A DNA stretch of 64,000 bases from Carcharhinus longimanus (Eukaryota). The stretch is from positions 24,370,340-24,434,339 of the forward strand of contig JASCQW010000150.1 of assembly GCA_030264375.1 (NCBI GenBank), in the 5' to 3' direction. Numbering within the stretch: the stretch's first letter is position 1; every line of letters begins with the position of its first letter. Positions 49,886 to 63,626 of the stretch are shown here, piece by piece. A program made the translations under genes and the position numbers. The notes under the pieces are model-generated. The model did no database searches. It had not been told where the DNA came from and saw nothing but the letters and a program-made list of their open reading frames with translations.

Positions 49886-49988
49886 AAGCCACTTTTTAAA
49901 AAGTGTTTTGCATTATATTTTTCCCCACACCTATTTATTCAAAGCACTTGGTTTTATTTGATAAACACAAATCAAAACAAAAACCTAC

Positions 49989-50072
49989 CTGTACGACTGT
50001 AAAATATCAATGATACCAATGTACAAGAGAAGTCTCTCTCCTTTACCGTTGACAGCTGGTATACCTCCCATC
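49989..50072 (-). CDS. PIP5K1C: PIP5K1C exon 9 (84 nt; IID motif)
   Basis: [27 protein letters not shown](R), translated manually; AG / GTAGG. Confidence 0.96.
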
Positions 50073-51532
50073 CTAACACAAAACAGAATATGTAAATATC
50101 ATTTTATAACCTGATAATAACATTCTTCGGTATTGAAAAACAAACTCCTCAAAGGAAGGAGCATTTCTTCCAAGATTTTTCTTAAATTTCGAAATATGAA
50201 ACTAATTTTCAATTACTTTCCACAATGAGAAATTTCTTCAACAGACAAGTGCTAATCACCTCATTAAGGATTTGGCTGAGACACGTTATCAAATAATTTG
50301 TTCCAACTGTTCTGTCCCTGACACACAGGTCTGTTGCACCTCTAAAAGGTCAAGCATATCAAGTTATAATTCCCAATAGCATCATCATGATCCAAGCCTT
50401 GAATGTTCAGACATGATAATGGTGCTTCACACTGATGCATCAGTCAAACTGCAGTGCAATGTGCGCACCTTTTTTTACAGCTGCTGTGAAAATCTAGTCA
50501 TGGTTTATATGTTTTAGAACATCATTTTTAATTTTAGGAATTAAAGTTTTAACTGTAGAAAACAGGGCATTTGATGGAGAAACTGATAATCAAATTTGAA
50601 TTAAACATAATTCAAACAAACTCTAAGTTTATTACACGTAAAAGGTTAGGACCATGTTGCCTTCAGAGATTAACAGCTAGAAAGGCAAGATCATAAACAA
50701 CAGGGAATTTGCTCTTAGATTTGTAAAGGTGTCAGTAAATTTGGGAAGCATTGTGCTCCGTTAGAAATGCAAATAATTTATATGGTTTCTTCAAATCAAG
50801 AATAACTACCTTTTAACTCCAAAGTGCATTTGCATTTCTACCTGGGAATGAGTCTTGCGTGTCACATATTCACACAGATGGCAATTCAGTGTAAAGCCTT
50901 GGTTACAAGGTTCTTTTGTTTCATTTTTCTGTAATTACTGACAAAAACAAAGCTCAGTTTGGGAACCAATAGAGCTAGTTCCGTTTGGATTTTGTAAACA
51001 AAACAAAAAAAAAAAATCGAAGATTAACTCTAGCTTTCAGCTATTGGAAGAATTCTACAGTGGTCTTTATGGAGCCTTGAGGGCTGTCAGCAGAATTAGT
51101 TTGGAAAGCAGCTGGATATCAACCAGTATCCTGAACAAGGAGTTGCAGCTGTAAGGAAGGTGGCCCTGCAACTTACTTAAACTGTTGGAATGCTGTGGAG
51201 AATCAAGGTAAATTCCAAAGAACTGGGGGAGGTTTCAAAATGTATTTAGACAGGATCCAGAACCAAACTAACAAACAACTGACTTGGAAGGCTCAGAGGC
51301 TGCAATAACAGGAAAGACAGACTGAAATTCTCACTAGTGCAGAATGAGGATCTTCTTAAAAAGTCCAAAATGAAGTTCTTCAATTAAACAACATAGTCTT
51401 AGGTTTGATTCATGCTGTATTTACTCAGAGCAGTTAATAAAAGCACTACATGATCAAAGTCAAGCACGCTATTCACTGCCATTTGTAAACACAAAGATGA
51501 AAATGAACTTTAAATAAAAATATGCCACCTAC

Positions 51533-51738
51533 GTATCATCTGTGTCAATGGACTCGCCCCGTGAAGATCCACCTTGAATAGATTCCATGGCCGTGGAATA
51601 GAGAGCTTTTTGTGCAATGGGTCGCTTCTCATCAGAGGTATTTAGAGATCCCTCAGCTTGTCTCTCACGTTCTGCTTGGTCCAAATTGTGAACTCCTAAC
51701 AACAAGCTGTAATCCATGATTTTAAAACTTTCTAGCAC
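51533..51738 (-). CDS. PIP5K1C: PIP5K1C exon 8 (206 nt; MDYSL motif)
   Basis: [30 protein letters not shown]...[14 protein letters not shown]...DDT; AG / GTAGG. Confidence 0.97.
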
Positions 51739-52451
51739 CTATTGAAATTTCAGAGGGGAGAAGTGACAGGAAAATTAGTCTATACTAAAATAAGAATGAA
51801 AGGAAATCAAATAACCCAAGTTGAGATCTTGTCTGACAGCACAAAATTCAAAGAGCTATAATTAAAATGTTTCAAAGATTAAACTGACCAAAATTTTAGA
51901 AATATTGTAAAGGAATATTACACCTAAAACAGAGCTTTGTAAAATTGCAGTATTCCATCTAATCTCAAATTAATTACATTAAATTGGAAGTATGGACAAT
52001 ATTACCCATTGGTTGATGTCTGGGCTAGCAGCAGCTGTATAACATCCACATTATCTCCTGGAGAAACACTATGGTCAGACAAACTGTTCACAATTCAACC
52101 ACAAAAGGCTTGAAAAAGCATTGGAAAAGTACTCATTCCAATTTCCTCTTTCTTACCAATGCCCAGCCTGAAAGAATCATTTATTCCAGATAGGAACACA
52201 TTTATTCATGGCTGTTCAGATCATAATTTCAACAGGAGTGCCCAATCTCCACCAGAATTATTTTCTCTCCTTTCACTTACTTTTCTTAGTATCTTTTAAT
52301 ATTCTCATTCTTCACCCTTTGTGAGTATTAGTTGCAACTATGGAATTAATAATTGTCTAAATGACTTCATTGAACCTTCACCATTTTTGCTGAGTTGTAC
52401 TACTATTGGTAACTGTTTTCCCTGACTGTATAACCCTGAATCCTGTCTTAC

Positions 52452-52751
52452 CAGACAATCTCTCTGTAGGGTTTTAACCAAAGCACTGTTGGTGTCTGTG
52501 TCCAGTAACAACCCATCTGAGAAATCCTGCATGAAGTCCAGGTCTTTGAATGTTGGCCTGCATTTCTCACGCTCTTTCCTTGAAGCTCTCCGTTTGTAGG
52601 TTGAACCTTTTAAATCATACTTTAAGTGCATCTTCACCACTCGTGGTAACACATTATTCATCACTGCCACTCGGATATTTTTACCACCAGACTGGACACA
52701 ATACAGTCCATAAAATTTTGGCAAGAGAGTCCTTGGATTTTGGTTCAGGTT
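52452..52751 (-). CDS. PIP5K1C: PIP5K1C exon 7 (300 nt; MNN and DLKGS motifs)
   Basis: [17 protein letters not shown]...[13 protein letters not shown]...KDLDF...TLQRDCL; AG / GTAAG. Confidence 0.97.
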
Positions 52752-52999
52752 CTGGAGCAAAATAGAGAAACTATTCAGAATGCAGTAGTGTAATAATGAA
52801 CCAATATCATTCTTCAAATGACAACAGTACAATGCTCTGCGTATACTAAGACACTGGGATAAATTTTCATTATGGGGTCCCAATTTCACTTCATGTTGAT
52901 ATTTACTGACAACATTTTTAATGGCCCTGATGTATGCTCAGCTTCTAATTAACAGGATTTCTGTCACTGGAAGGCCAACTGGAGATCCTCCAGATAAAG

Positions 53000-53481
53000 G
53001 TAAAAAAACTGCAGATGCTGGAATCACACAAAAACAGAATCTGCTGGAAAATCTCAGCAGATCTGACAGCATCTGAGAGAGAATAGTACCAACGTTGCAA
53101 GTCTGGATGATCCTTCATCAGAGCTAAGAGCAAAGAAAATCAGAAAAGATTTACACTATGAGGCTTAGCAGAACAAAGGGAATGTAAATGACAATAAAAG
53201 GAGGCTGAGAAAGGTGCTAAGTGTCCATTAAGTGATCAGAATGTGTGAATGGCAGAACAGAGGTAAAGATGTGAAGGCAACTCGTGGGATGAGGGTGGGG
53301 GAGCAAGGAGGAGAGCAGGAATAAAGATGTGGAAAAATGGAAGTGAGAAAGCAGGATGATAAAAATGGATGAATGAAAAGAGAAATGAAATGAAATAAAT
53401 TGAAATGAGGTGAAGGTGGTGGGGAGAGTTCATGCTCTGAAGTTGTTGAACTCAATGTTCAGTCTGGAAGGCTGTAAAGTG
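53000..53481 (-). mobile_element. Penelope-like 3' end, truncated by an N gap
   Basis: 53425-53480 is nearly identical to 56377-56432; terminal repeat with a hammerhead-like core at 53090-53125. Confidence 0.8.
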
Positions 53482-53581
53482 NNNNNNNNNNNNNNNNNNN
53501 NNNNNNNNNNNNNNNNNNNNNNNNNNNNNNNNNNNNNNNNNNNNNNNNNNNNNNNNNNNNNNNNNNNNNNNNNNNNNNNNN

Positions 53582-54020
53582 TACCCTACACCCTTCTCCA
53601 ACCAGACAATGATCGGCCCTTTCCCCCTCAACCAGACAACAACTGGGCCTCCCTCCTCTCCCCACTACCACCGAGCTGAGTCAGAAAGCCATTGGAAGCA
53701 CTGAACTCACTTCTTCATCAGCTGGAGTGCCCGAAACAGGCTTTTATTCAGCAGGCTCATTTTGGCGTGGTTCCAGATCGGCGAATGCAGTGGTAAAGGG
53801 GGAAATGCTGATAAAGTTGGGCGGGCAGTTCATTAATTCAATTGAAATGCATGCAAATGCATTTGAATCACCCTTGCACCCGTTTTGGGCATGTATCAGA
53901 TCGCTGCCATTCCCCAGTCTCGGTAAAGTGGCCATCTGCGCAGACGCTGGCGGGGATTGCGTTAATGGCCTCACACCTGACTTTATCATGTTTCCGCGCC
54001 ACAATGGTAAAATCAGGCCC
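53582..54020. mobile_element. GC-rich MITE-like element, right part
   Basis: CpG-rich; ends GGTAAAATCAGGCC, similar to the terminus at 24309-24322; short internal tandem CAACCAGACAA. Confidence 0.5.
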
Positions 54021-55659
54021 TTCGAGTTGCCCCCAGTTATTACAGTAATATCTCCATGCACATTTCTGTGGTTAACCAAGACTATATTTTGATCACCATC
54101 AAACCATTCGAAAGTGGCTTCTGGAACTGTTCGTATGAGCCTATCTTTCCCCTACACTGTGTACCCTTCTTCTTTTTGCTAACCTCTGCTATACAACCTG
54201 CTGTTCCTCAGAGTTAGTAGTTAAGCATCCACTAATGAAAGAAATGACTGTCTGAAAATAGGTTGGAAGATATGGGATAGATTTTCATGTTAATATATGA
54301 AAATTAAGTGAGTGCAAAAATTGACATTAACCCAGGCAATGAAGATGAAAGTTTATCCTAGCATTTGGTTTGAATGTAGCAATGAAATCTGACAGAAATG
54401 TGTTATTGGCTTAAGGAGTTACAAATAATATTAAATGTCAAACTAAATGTGGCTAAATTGGCACTTCTGGTAAACAAAATATTCTTTTTTTATTGATTGA
54501 ACAGCAAATTTTAAAGAGGAGCAATCAATTAAATAAACAAGGGCCAATAACCAGCCCAACAGGTATTAACATTGTTGGTTTTGGCCAGGAAACAAGGCTA
54601 TCAGTAACTTTATCACTTGAAAGAGCACTTCCCAATTGCAATAGGATTAGTAGTAGTCTGGAGATTGCCTCAAGGCGTGTTTACAAAAGTATTTTACAGA
54701 AGGAACATTGACTCTCTTTTTACCATTCCAGCTCGTCTCAGATGATAACTGAGCAACGCTGTAGGATAGAAAGTATTTGCTCGTGATGCTTCATCATGGT
54801 AATATGGAGGCTGTGTCCACTAGCCAGTCTTCCCCTGTCCTTTGATTTTGTATGTTTGTGTACAGTTGGGCAGTTGAAGCAGTCAATTCATAGCATTAAC
54901 TGCTGATCCTATTGAAGTTTCTGGCCATTCTCTGAAAGGAAGATTAGCTGTTTGTGCCATTACCTTTGGGTTTATGCCGAGATTATGGTGTAGGATTGTG
55001 TGTAACCCTCTGGAAATTTTGCCCTGGATCTTGGAGTCTCTGTCCCCCTGCCTGCTAAGAGACTGGAAACCTTATGATCGATGCATGTTATTAGATTGGC
55101 TGATGTCGGGGGCTTGGGGCGAGGAAGTGGAGGACTTCCTCTGTGTGGTAAATATAGCATAATATCTGCTTATAACATCTTATAGCAACTAACTGCAGAC
55201 ACTTAAACCCATTACGTGGTATTTCAATGCCCTTGGCCATTTTAATATTGGATGTAGCTTCTAGATTTCTGTCACATCCTCACTCCACCATCAAACAGTC
55301 TCCAAGTGCTGCATAATCTGAGTGTTGAAGACTGAGAACCTGTTTCTCGTCATACTTTTAAAATTTAGAATCCCAAAGGCCAATAAAAGTGGATTCTGTC
55401 TTTCTCTGAACGCCAAGGGAGATTTTATTTTCCCATATTGATTTTCTGCTATAGACTGAGAGCAGAAGGTGTACATTTCAATAAAACTTGCAATAAAAAA
55501 TGGCAACTTGCAGCTTTGAGATCAGAAGAATGAAACTAGAGGTTTAGTATCACTGGAGTTATTCCATTAGAGAGAATAAAGGGACAGTTTGAGAGAGTGC
55601 TGCTGAACTGCTTGCAATCCGGTAAGGCTAAACGAATGCAACAACAGCAATTGACACTG

Positions 55660-56770
55660 AAGCAAAGGCAAAATACTCTGGATGCTGGAATCTGAAGCAA
55701 AAACAGGAAATGCTGGAAAAACTCAACAGGTCGGACAGCATCTGTGGAGAGAGAATACAGCCAATATTTTGAGTCAGGATGACTTTTCATCAGAGCTGAA
55801 AGCGAAGAAAATCATTTGAGATTTATACAAAGAGGGCAGTGGGGGTTGGGAGGGGAGATGAGAAGCTGTAATTGAACAAAGATCTCTTAGAATCATAGAA
55901 TCCCTACAGTGCAGAAAGAGACCATTCAGCCCATCGAGTCTGCACCGAGCACAATCCCACCCAGCTCCTAGTCCCGTAATCCCACATATTTACCCTGCTA
56001 ATCCCCCGGGCACTAGGGTCAAGTTAGCATGGCCAATCAACCTTACCCATGCACCTTTGGACTGTAAAAGAAAACCGGAGCACCCGGAGGAAATCCACAT
56101 AGACATGAGGAGAATGTGCTAACTCCACACAGACAGTAGCCCGGGGCTGGAATTGAACCTGGGTCTTTGGCACTGTGAGGCAGCAGTGCTAACCACTGTG
56201 ACACCATGTCGCCCTGGTAACTAGCGATGCTGAAGGCTGAGGAAGGTGCTAATGGAGAGCAAGATTGGAGAAGTGAAAGGATAAAAGTAAAAATGAAAGG
56301 TAATTAAAAAATGGATGAATGAGATGAAAAGAAGAAATGAAACAAAATAATTGGAAATGGGGTGAATGTGGACGGAAGAGTTCATGCTCTGAAGTTGTTG
56401 AACTCAATGTTCAGTCTGGAAGGCTGTGAAGTGCCCAATTGGAAGAGGAGGTGCTGTTCCTCCAGTCTAAGTTGGGGTTCACTAGAACATTGCAAAATGC
56501 CAAGGATGGACATGTGGACAGGAGAGCAGGATGGTGTGTTGAAGTGGCAAGCAGCAGGAAGGTCTGGATCTTGACTGCAACTGGACTGAAGGGCTTCAGC
56601 AAAGTGATCACCCACTCTACATTGGTCTCTCTAATGTACTATAGACCGCATTGGGAGCAGCCAATGCAATAGACCAAACTGAAGGAGGTGCATGTGAAAC
56701 GATGCTTCATTGAAAGGGTTGTTTAGGATCTGGGATGGTGAGCAGGGAGGTAAAGGAGCAGGTTCTATGA
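55660..56770 (-). mobile_element. Penelope-like retroelement 3' remnant (GIY-YIG endonuclease end plus pseudo-LTR)
   Basis: GDHFAE...DPDLPAACHFN...LEEQHLLFQLGTSQPSRLNIEFNNFR, preceded by a degenerate YCIGCSQCGL-YIRET; terminal repeat with CTGATGA core near 55790. Confidence 0.85.
55888..56213 (-). mobile_element. HE1 SINE inserted in a Penelope remnant
   Basis: Full reverse-complement HE1 (AGAATCATAGAATCCCTACAGTGCAG...GTGCTAACCACTGTG). Confidence 0.9.
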
Positions 56771-57184
56771 TTGCATGGAAATCCTCCAGCACTGAAAAGT
56801 TGGTAGCACCAACTTCAGATTTGGACACTACAGATGTGTGCAAGACAGAGGTGAAATTACAGATGGAATGCTGTATCCCTGGCCTGCCAACAGGCAAGTT
56901 TGGCCTCAGGTGGGGGCCTGACTGAAATTCCAGCGCCCATTTGCACAGCAGTATTAATAGGCCTACTAAGGGGCATAATTGGCTACCCACCTTTAGTTAA
57001 CTGTCAACTACCATCCCACCTTCACCTCCCCCACCACTCCAACTTAACTCTCCCCCAATCCTGGCAGCCTCTGGAGCATTTCCAATATCATTCCCACCAA
57101 GTTAATTGGATGTCATTTTATTTTTATATTTAACATGAGTTGTGCTTACACCAATGGGTGGCACTACATAGAAAAGTTTGAAGT

Positions 57185-57480
57185 TTATTTATTGTCACAA
57201 GTAGGCTTACACGAACACTGCAATGAAGTTACTGTGAAAATCCCCAAGTCGTCACACTCCAACGCCTGTTCAAGTAAACTGAGGGAGAATTTGGCATGGC
57301 CAATGCACTGAACCAGCACGTCTTTCGGACTGTGGGAGAAAACCGGAACATCCAGAAAAAATCTATGCAGACATGGGGAGAACGTGCAGATTCTGCACAG
57401 ACAGTGACCCAAGCTGGGAAGTGAACCCAGGTCCCTGGCACTGAGGCAGCAGTGCTAATCACTGTGGCACCGTGTCGCCC
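57185..57480 (-). mobile_element. HE1-related SINE, type B tail
   Basis: TTTATTATTGTCACAAGTAGGCTTAC...GGCACCGTGTCGCCC on the plus strand. Confidence 0.88.
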
Positions 57481-57714
57481 AGTTTGTGGGCATCAGCAAA
57501 GGTTGCATTGCCTTCCCATAGTTAGGCAGATGACACAATGTACACTCCACATACAAACAGGTCAACACTTGCTGCCACTCGCCATTCTGCTCATGTGAAC
57601 AGATACTTGAGTGAGGTAACAGAAATCCCTGGCATCTGTGAAATTACATTCAGGCAAAAGTTAACGTCTTCAAGAGAGGTGAAGGGGGAGGTGGTAGGAA
57701 GAAAATTCACTTAC

Positions 57715-57867
57715 CATATAATAACCTGGAAGCAACTTCTGCAGAAATTCTGCTTCTTTGTTTACAACGGTCTTTATAATAAACTCATCATCGCTAGTCA
57801 CATAAAAGAGAGAACCACTGGCACCAGGATTGGAGAGTTCAATCAAGGGCTCATTGCACAATGAATA
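57715..57867 (-). CDS. PIP5K1C: PIP5K1C exon 6 (153 nt; G-loop and catalytic IIK lysine)
   Basis: [51 protein letters not shown]; AG / GTAAG. Confidence 0.97.
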
Positions 57868-59849
57868 CTGTGAAAAAACACCAAAAAAACTTTTATCCAG
57901 GACTCAACTTTACACTTGAACTTTTGTCAATAGCGATTCTTAATAAACTTAATCTGCCTTTTGGCAAAAACAAGAAGGCTGGATAATCACACTTATTACT
58001 TTGGAAGTTACTTTAATTTCATTAACTCCTAGCAAGGGGAGGAGAAAATCAGGAATGTGTTGATCAGTCTGAGTCTCAAATGATAATTAACTTTTGACAC
58101 AGCTGACAGTTATCCAAAACGATGGGTTACAAATAGAGTCATGGATTCTGCTCTGGTATTTGCTGCTAATGGAAGTCTGTTGAAATATTGAATAATTCCT
58201 TCATGAGACACAAACAAAATGGGAAAATACAGTCTTTAAAAAATGATCCACATCTTTCCCGATTCAGTTTGAACCACATTCTGGTAAAAAAATAGGAAGT
58301 CTGGTTTGATCAGGTTCAGAGCACAACAAATCTTTTCTCAGCACTTACCACAAACTCTCCGACACACTATTTTTTTTAAATGGGCTGAAAAACACTTATT
58401 CAAATATTCCCTCATTTAATGTTGCCAAAAAGCACATGTTCAGAAAAGCACATGTTTGGAAAAATTTGTTTTGTAAAACGCTCAAATGTTCATCTCCAGA
58501 AAATCCCACCAGTGGTTTCCTACTGCCTGATGTGCAATATTTAATGGCCATCTAGTGTGTTTCATCAGTGCTCATTAAGTTGCCGTGATGGAAACCATAG
58601 CTGATCGATAATAAAAGCGGTTTGTGAGGGCTTCAGCTTTGTTTGCTTTCACAATGAAGCTCTAAATTCACTTGTTAATTAATGACTTGATATAATTAAC
58701 AAAATGAGATTGTACTGGGAACTGGCCAGGTCTAATGAAATGTATCTTCCCTCCCTTTATGCAATTATTTCAGGCCGATTCAGGCCACTATTTCGGACTT
58801 TCAACAAAATGAACAAATTCAAAACGAGATAGTACCATAAAATCAGCTTATACTGTCAATCTTGAATCCATCAACTGTTTTGCTGGAGGATTAATCACTT
58901 AAATGACTGGTTTATTAGCACCTAACTAACTTTGAGGCAGGCCATTTGAGTGAGCGATCTGAAATTTCTAAACTGCCAGATTTTAATGTCTTTTTTTTAA
59001 TTTCCCATTTTGTTGTGTCTCATGGCAGAATTATTTTTTAATATTTCAACGGACTTCCATTTGCAGCAACAGCAGAATCCAGCACTCCTCTCCACACTCT
59101 TCCCAACGCAGTTTCACCTAGATTCTGGAAAACACAGTAACTCTGGTTTAATGAGGTTCATCGCACAACAAAGCTTTTCGCAGTATTAAAACTGTTTGCT
59201 TTGATATCGGCCTCAATTCCTCAAGGCCCCGGCATTACAAGTATAAAAACAAATTTACACATTGATTTTAGTTTTTCTCCTCACTTTCAGGTGCCCAGCC
59301 ACATTTGTGACCCATCGTTTTGGGTAAGTATCAACTGCAACAAAGGTTAATTATCACTTGAGACTCAATCTGATCAACACATTGCTTATCGCGATTTTTT
59401 TCCCCCCCCCTTGCTTGGAGTTAATAAAACTGAAGCAACTTCCAAAGAAATGTGTGACTACCCAGCCTTTTAGTTTTCACTCAAAAAGTAGATAGAGTTT
59501 AAGAACAATGAAAGCAACTGAGAAACCATTTCACTAAACAGGTTGGTAGTGGAAAATATAATATTGCCAAAGATGGGGATCTGCATTATCTCAAGCTAGA
59601 AAACAAAGCTTGGTGCCAATGTTAGCAGCAACTCCTGTTACTGGATGGTACTTTCAAACTTTAATTGAAGCAGTCGATTGGGTATTTGAGAGTGCTTTTC
59701 GTTTAGAGAAAATTTTACAAGTGGTTACACAGTATATAGTTGTATTTAAACCACACTTTTTTGTTAAACAAATTAAAGTGGGATTTTTTTTAAACATATA
59801 GTGAAAACTCTCATGGGTCCAAGTTTTGAATAGGATTTACATGCAGCAC

Positions 59850-60385
59850 AATACATATGGCAGGCTAAGGAAATTTGGCATGTCCACTACAACTCTCACC
59901 AATTTTTTACAGATGCACCATAGAAAGCATCCTTTCCGGATGTATCGCAGCCAGGTATGGCTCCTGTACTGACAAAGACCGCAAGCAACCACAATGGGTT
60001 GTGAATGTAGCCAGCCCATCATGCAAACCAGCCTCCCATCCATTTACTCTATCTACACTTCCCACTGCCTCGGGAAAGCAGCTAGCGTAATCAAGGGCCC
60101 CCACACACCCCAGACACACACTCTTCCACCATCGAGAAAAAGATGCAAAAGTCTGAAAACATCTACTGACCGACTTAAGAACAGATTCTTTCCTGCTGCC
60201 AGACTTTTTGTATGGCCCTGTCACATACTGAACTGATTTTTCTCCTCACCCTATTTGTAATTGCAACACGACATCCTTCACCCTATCCTTTCCTTCTCTG
60301 CTACGTATTCTGTGAACAGTATGTTTGCCTGTATAGCTCACAAGAAACAATAATTTTCACCGTATTCCAAAATAATAAAATCGAT
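59850..60385 (+). mobile_element. Rex1/Babar-clade LINE 3' end
   Basis: RLRKFGMSTTTLTN-FYRCTIESILSGCIAARYGSC...DRKQPQWVV...SLPSI; AATAAA near 60374. Confidence 0.75.
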
Positions 60386-60470
60386 TCAATCTGAATATCC
60401 ACTGTAGTTGAAAAAAATCTTAGATTATAAATTACAGATTTATTAGCAATACAGATCGAGATCTTCTTCG

Positions 60471-60770
60471 AATCATAGAATAGAATCCCTACAGTGCAGA
60501 AGGAGGCTATTCAGCCCATCAAGTCTGCATCGACCACAATCCCACCCAGCCCCTATCCCCATTTAATTACCCTGCTAGTGCCCCTGACACGAAGGGGCAA
60601 TTTAGCATGACCAATCGGCCTAACCCACATACCTTTGGACTGTGGGAGGAAATCGGAGCACCCGGAGGAAACCTACGCAGACACGGGGAGAATGTTCAAA
60701 CTCCACGCAGGGACAGTGATCCAAGCCGGGAATTGAACCTGGGTCCCTGGCACTGTGAGGCAGCACTGCT
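60471..60770 (-). mobile_element. HE1 SINE
   Basis: AATCATAGAATAGAATCCCTACAGTGCAG...CACTGTGAGGCAGCACTGC on the plus strand. Confidence 0.9.
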
Positions 60771-62010
60771 TAGGATGCTATTTCAGGGATGAGTATTCAT
60801 ACATCAGATGATGTAAGAGCATAGGTTAACCAAGGGTATCTCCTAGCTTCAAGTTGAACTCATTGTCCAAGGAAATCAAAAATAATAACAAAAATGTTAC
60901 CCAGCACAGAAAACACACCAGTACACACTTCATAATTGTTTTAGAATGATAAACTAACTCAGGTCAATGTGTTATCATGGTATTGTTATGATGGTACTGA
61001 GTCATATAGGATGGGACAAGACAATCCCACTCTGTCAGTGTGGAATTGCATGTTCTAAACTAATAGTGGCTTTCAAGTGCTCCTGTACTAGGTGGGAATG
61101 GGCAGAGGAAATCTGTTGGGACTCCCATTTTTAATGATTATATCTGTGAACATGTCAGTTCAGATCAGGATCTGGGTCAGCTGTAATGACCTCTCATGTG
61201 GAACACTGTCCAACATATTGTCTCAGCTAATGGGGGAGGAATGGCCTCGAGCAAGGTGCCAGACGGACACTTCAGTAGCATGATGTATCATGGCATAATT
61301 CCCACATAGCTTAATTGTTTACTTCTGTCATCTCAATAGACTGGTGTGATCACTATCTTTAAATCAACACTAAGCTAACAATGACCGTGGAAAATATTTC
61401 CATTTATAGATTTCTATTAGTAGAAATAAGCCAACCAAACCATCAGTTCCAAGTTAATGCAAGAAACATGTTAGCACAACTGAACATAAGGACCACAACT
61501 AGAAATTAATGCTCAAGATCAGTTTACTTTATTGCATTTTACAAATAATCCTCCCAATAACTTTACAAGATACTTCAAGTAAAATGAACTACGCCAATCA
61601 AGATTTAGAGTAACTCGCAGTGACTACAAGATACTTGGGACAATATATTTTCCACCATCTTTCCCTGTAGCTATTGACTTGTGTTGGGGTAGAGCTCCAC
61701 AAAACCCATGTTCATCAAATACGCTGATGGTTATTCTTCATCTGACATTGAACAGTGAGAATCAAGAGGCTAAACAATAATAGGGTGTTATAGATAAGCG
61801 TAACATTATATCTTTAAGCAACATCCTTTCATTGATACTTTCCATTGAGGATGCTGGATAGCGACATGAAATTGCGATTGATTTATCTTCACTAAATCCC
61901 ATGAGAATATCACATGCAATTTGCTGAGAAGGATTTTTTACCTCACAATCCAACTGAAAAAGGTTTGTGGCACAGTGTCCACTGCCCAGCATTAAAATAG
62001 CCTCACTCAC

Positions 62011-62128
62011 CAGATAGTCATCTGGTCGAATTCCAAAGAGTTCCCTAAAGTAACGAAATGCCACTGGAGCATAGGTCTTGAATCTGAAGTCAGGAAAGTG
62101 ATGTGCAGGAGTCAAATTACTACCTTCA
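62011..62128 (-). CDS. PIP5K1C: PIP5K1C exon 5 (118 nt)
   Basis: [39 protein letters not shown]; AG / GTGAG. Confidence 0.97.
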
Positions 62129-63495
62129 CTGCAAAATTAAAAGAAAACTTGAGTTTCAAGATTAAATTGTACTATATTTATCATATGCAGCTCAATGCAA
62201 TCGCTGTTTGCAGCACAGCCCAAGAAAGTACTAATGAAATGATCAACATGCCTTTCCACATTTAAACACACTGAAAATTCTAGTATATATATTAAGCAGT
62301 ACAAATACCAACACTGTTAAGTGTTCATCTGAATTCATACACCACTAAACGTTTTATACACACATAGATGCATTAAAATATCTGATTACAGCATGATGAA
62401 TTCCCATTTAATTTTTCTTTCAATGCAGCTATTTAGTAACACTATCTCCAGATATCTCAACAAACCAGAGTGATTCAGACATCAGTGCGAGTAAAACCCA
62501 ATCTTATTACAAAGCAATTGAATGATTACGGCAACTTTCTTCAGAATCACCACCAGTCATTTTGTGTTTAATATCACCACGCTACTTTTTTTTAAAAAAT
62601 GCAACAAAATCAATAGTGAAAGTAAAAATGTTTCTAAAACAAAAAACTTCAATAAATAATCAGTTTGAGGAATGTACTTGGACTATTTGTTATAATTAAA
62701 ATTTGACGTACATCAAGTCTGTTGTCCGATTAATTAAAAAAATTACAATTGAAGATTGAAGACTTCTCTGCCATAGAGTAAATTTTGTTGAAAAAGTACT
62801 CATTGTCAGTGATTCTTGCTGATATGTGGGTTTGCAGTTGTTTTGGGAGTTACAACTGTTACAAATTTATTATCGTTCGTGAACCAGATTTGGATTTGCA
62901 AAAAAAATTTTTTCTTTTTGTAAATAAACTTGAGGTTTGAATCAAGCCTGTTTTTTGATCTTATATACTTATACGCCGACTTGTATATGAATTCAAAAAA
63001 ATTGGAAATCTAATCAGTTCAATACATTGGCTCGTACACCAAAAATACAGTACTTCTGAACCGCAGTCATTATGCAGACAAACGTGGTAGCCATATCAGT
63101 AGCAGCAAGGTCTTGTGAATAGGTGGTGAAGTGCAAGAATAACTAATTTTTAATTACAAGAAAGGTGAACAGTTCTTGCATCCCATGATGTCAGCCTGGT
63201 TCACCGAGACCACAGTCACGTCTGAAATCACTTGTAAACTGGAGCCAGTCTACAGACTTCAGCACATTATTACATAATCACACTGACAACTGTGTTTGCT
63301 ATCAAGAAAGAACAGTATTTTTGAAAGTGCAGTCTTTTGGATTAGGAGTTCAGCCAAGGCACTGGTTGTCTATTAAGTGCTTAACAAAAAAAACTGTTAC
63401 AGAAACAATCTTAATTCAAAAGGAATGAGAAGAGCAGCATGGCTTAATTAGTCACACACACCCAAAAATTGTACGTGCAGTAAAGATCGACTTAC

Positions 63496-63626
63496 CTGGG
63501 AAAGAATATGCTTTCAACTACGTAGAAGTCTTGCATCAGTACATCTCTTTCAGGTTTTGAACTGAGGTTTCCTACTGTGTATCCAATACCCAGCTGAATG
63601 GCTCCTTTAAGAGTGGATGAGGTTGT
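63496..63626 (-). CDS. PIP5K1C: PIP5K1C exon (equivalent to human exon 4, 131 nt); upstream exons lie beyond the window
   Basis: [43 protein letters not shown](S); AG/GT boundaries. Confidence 0.96.

Noticed and set aside
50720-51440. Possible second LTR-like remnant in intron 8
   Set aside because: Could not define both ends or a target-site duplication by eye
53727-54092. 121-aa and 111-aa ORFs in PIP5K1C intron 6
   Set aside because: Stop-poor GC-rich repeat sequence with no transposase or other motifs
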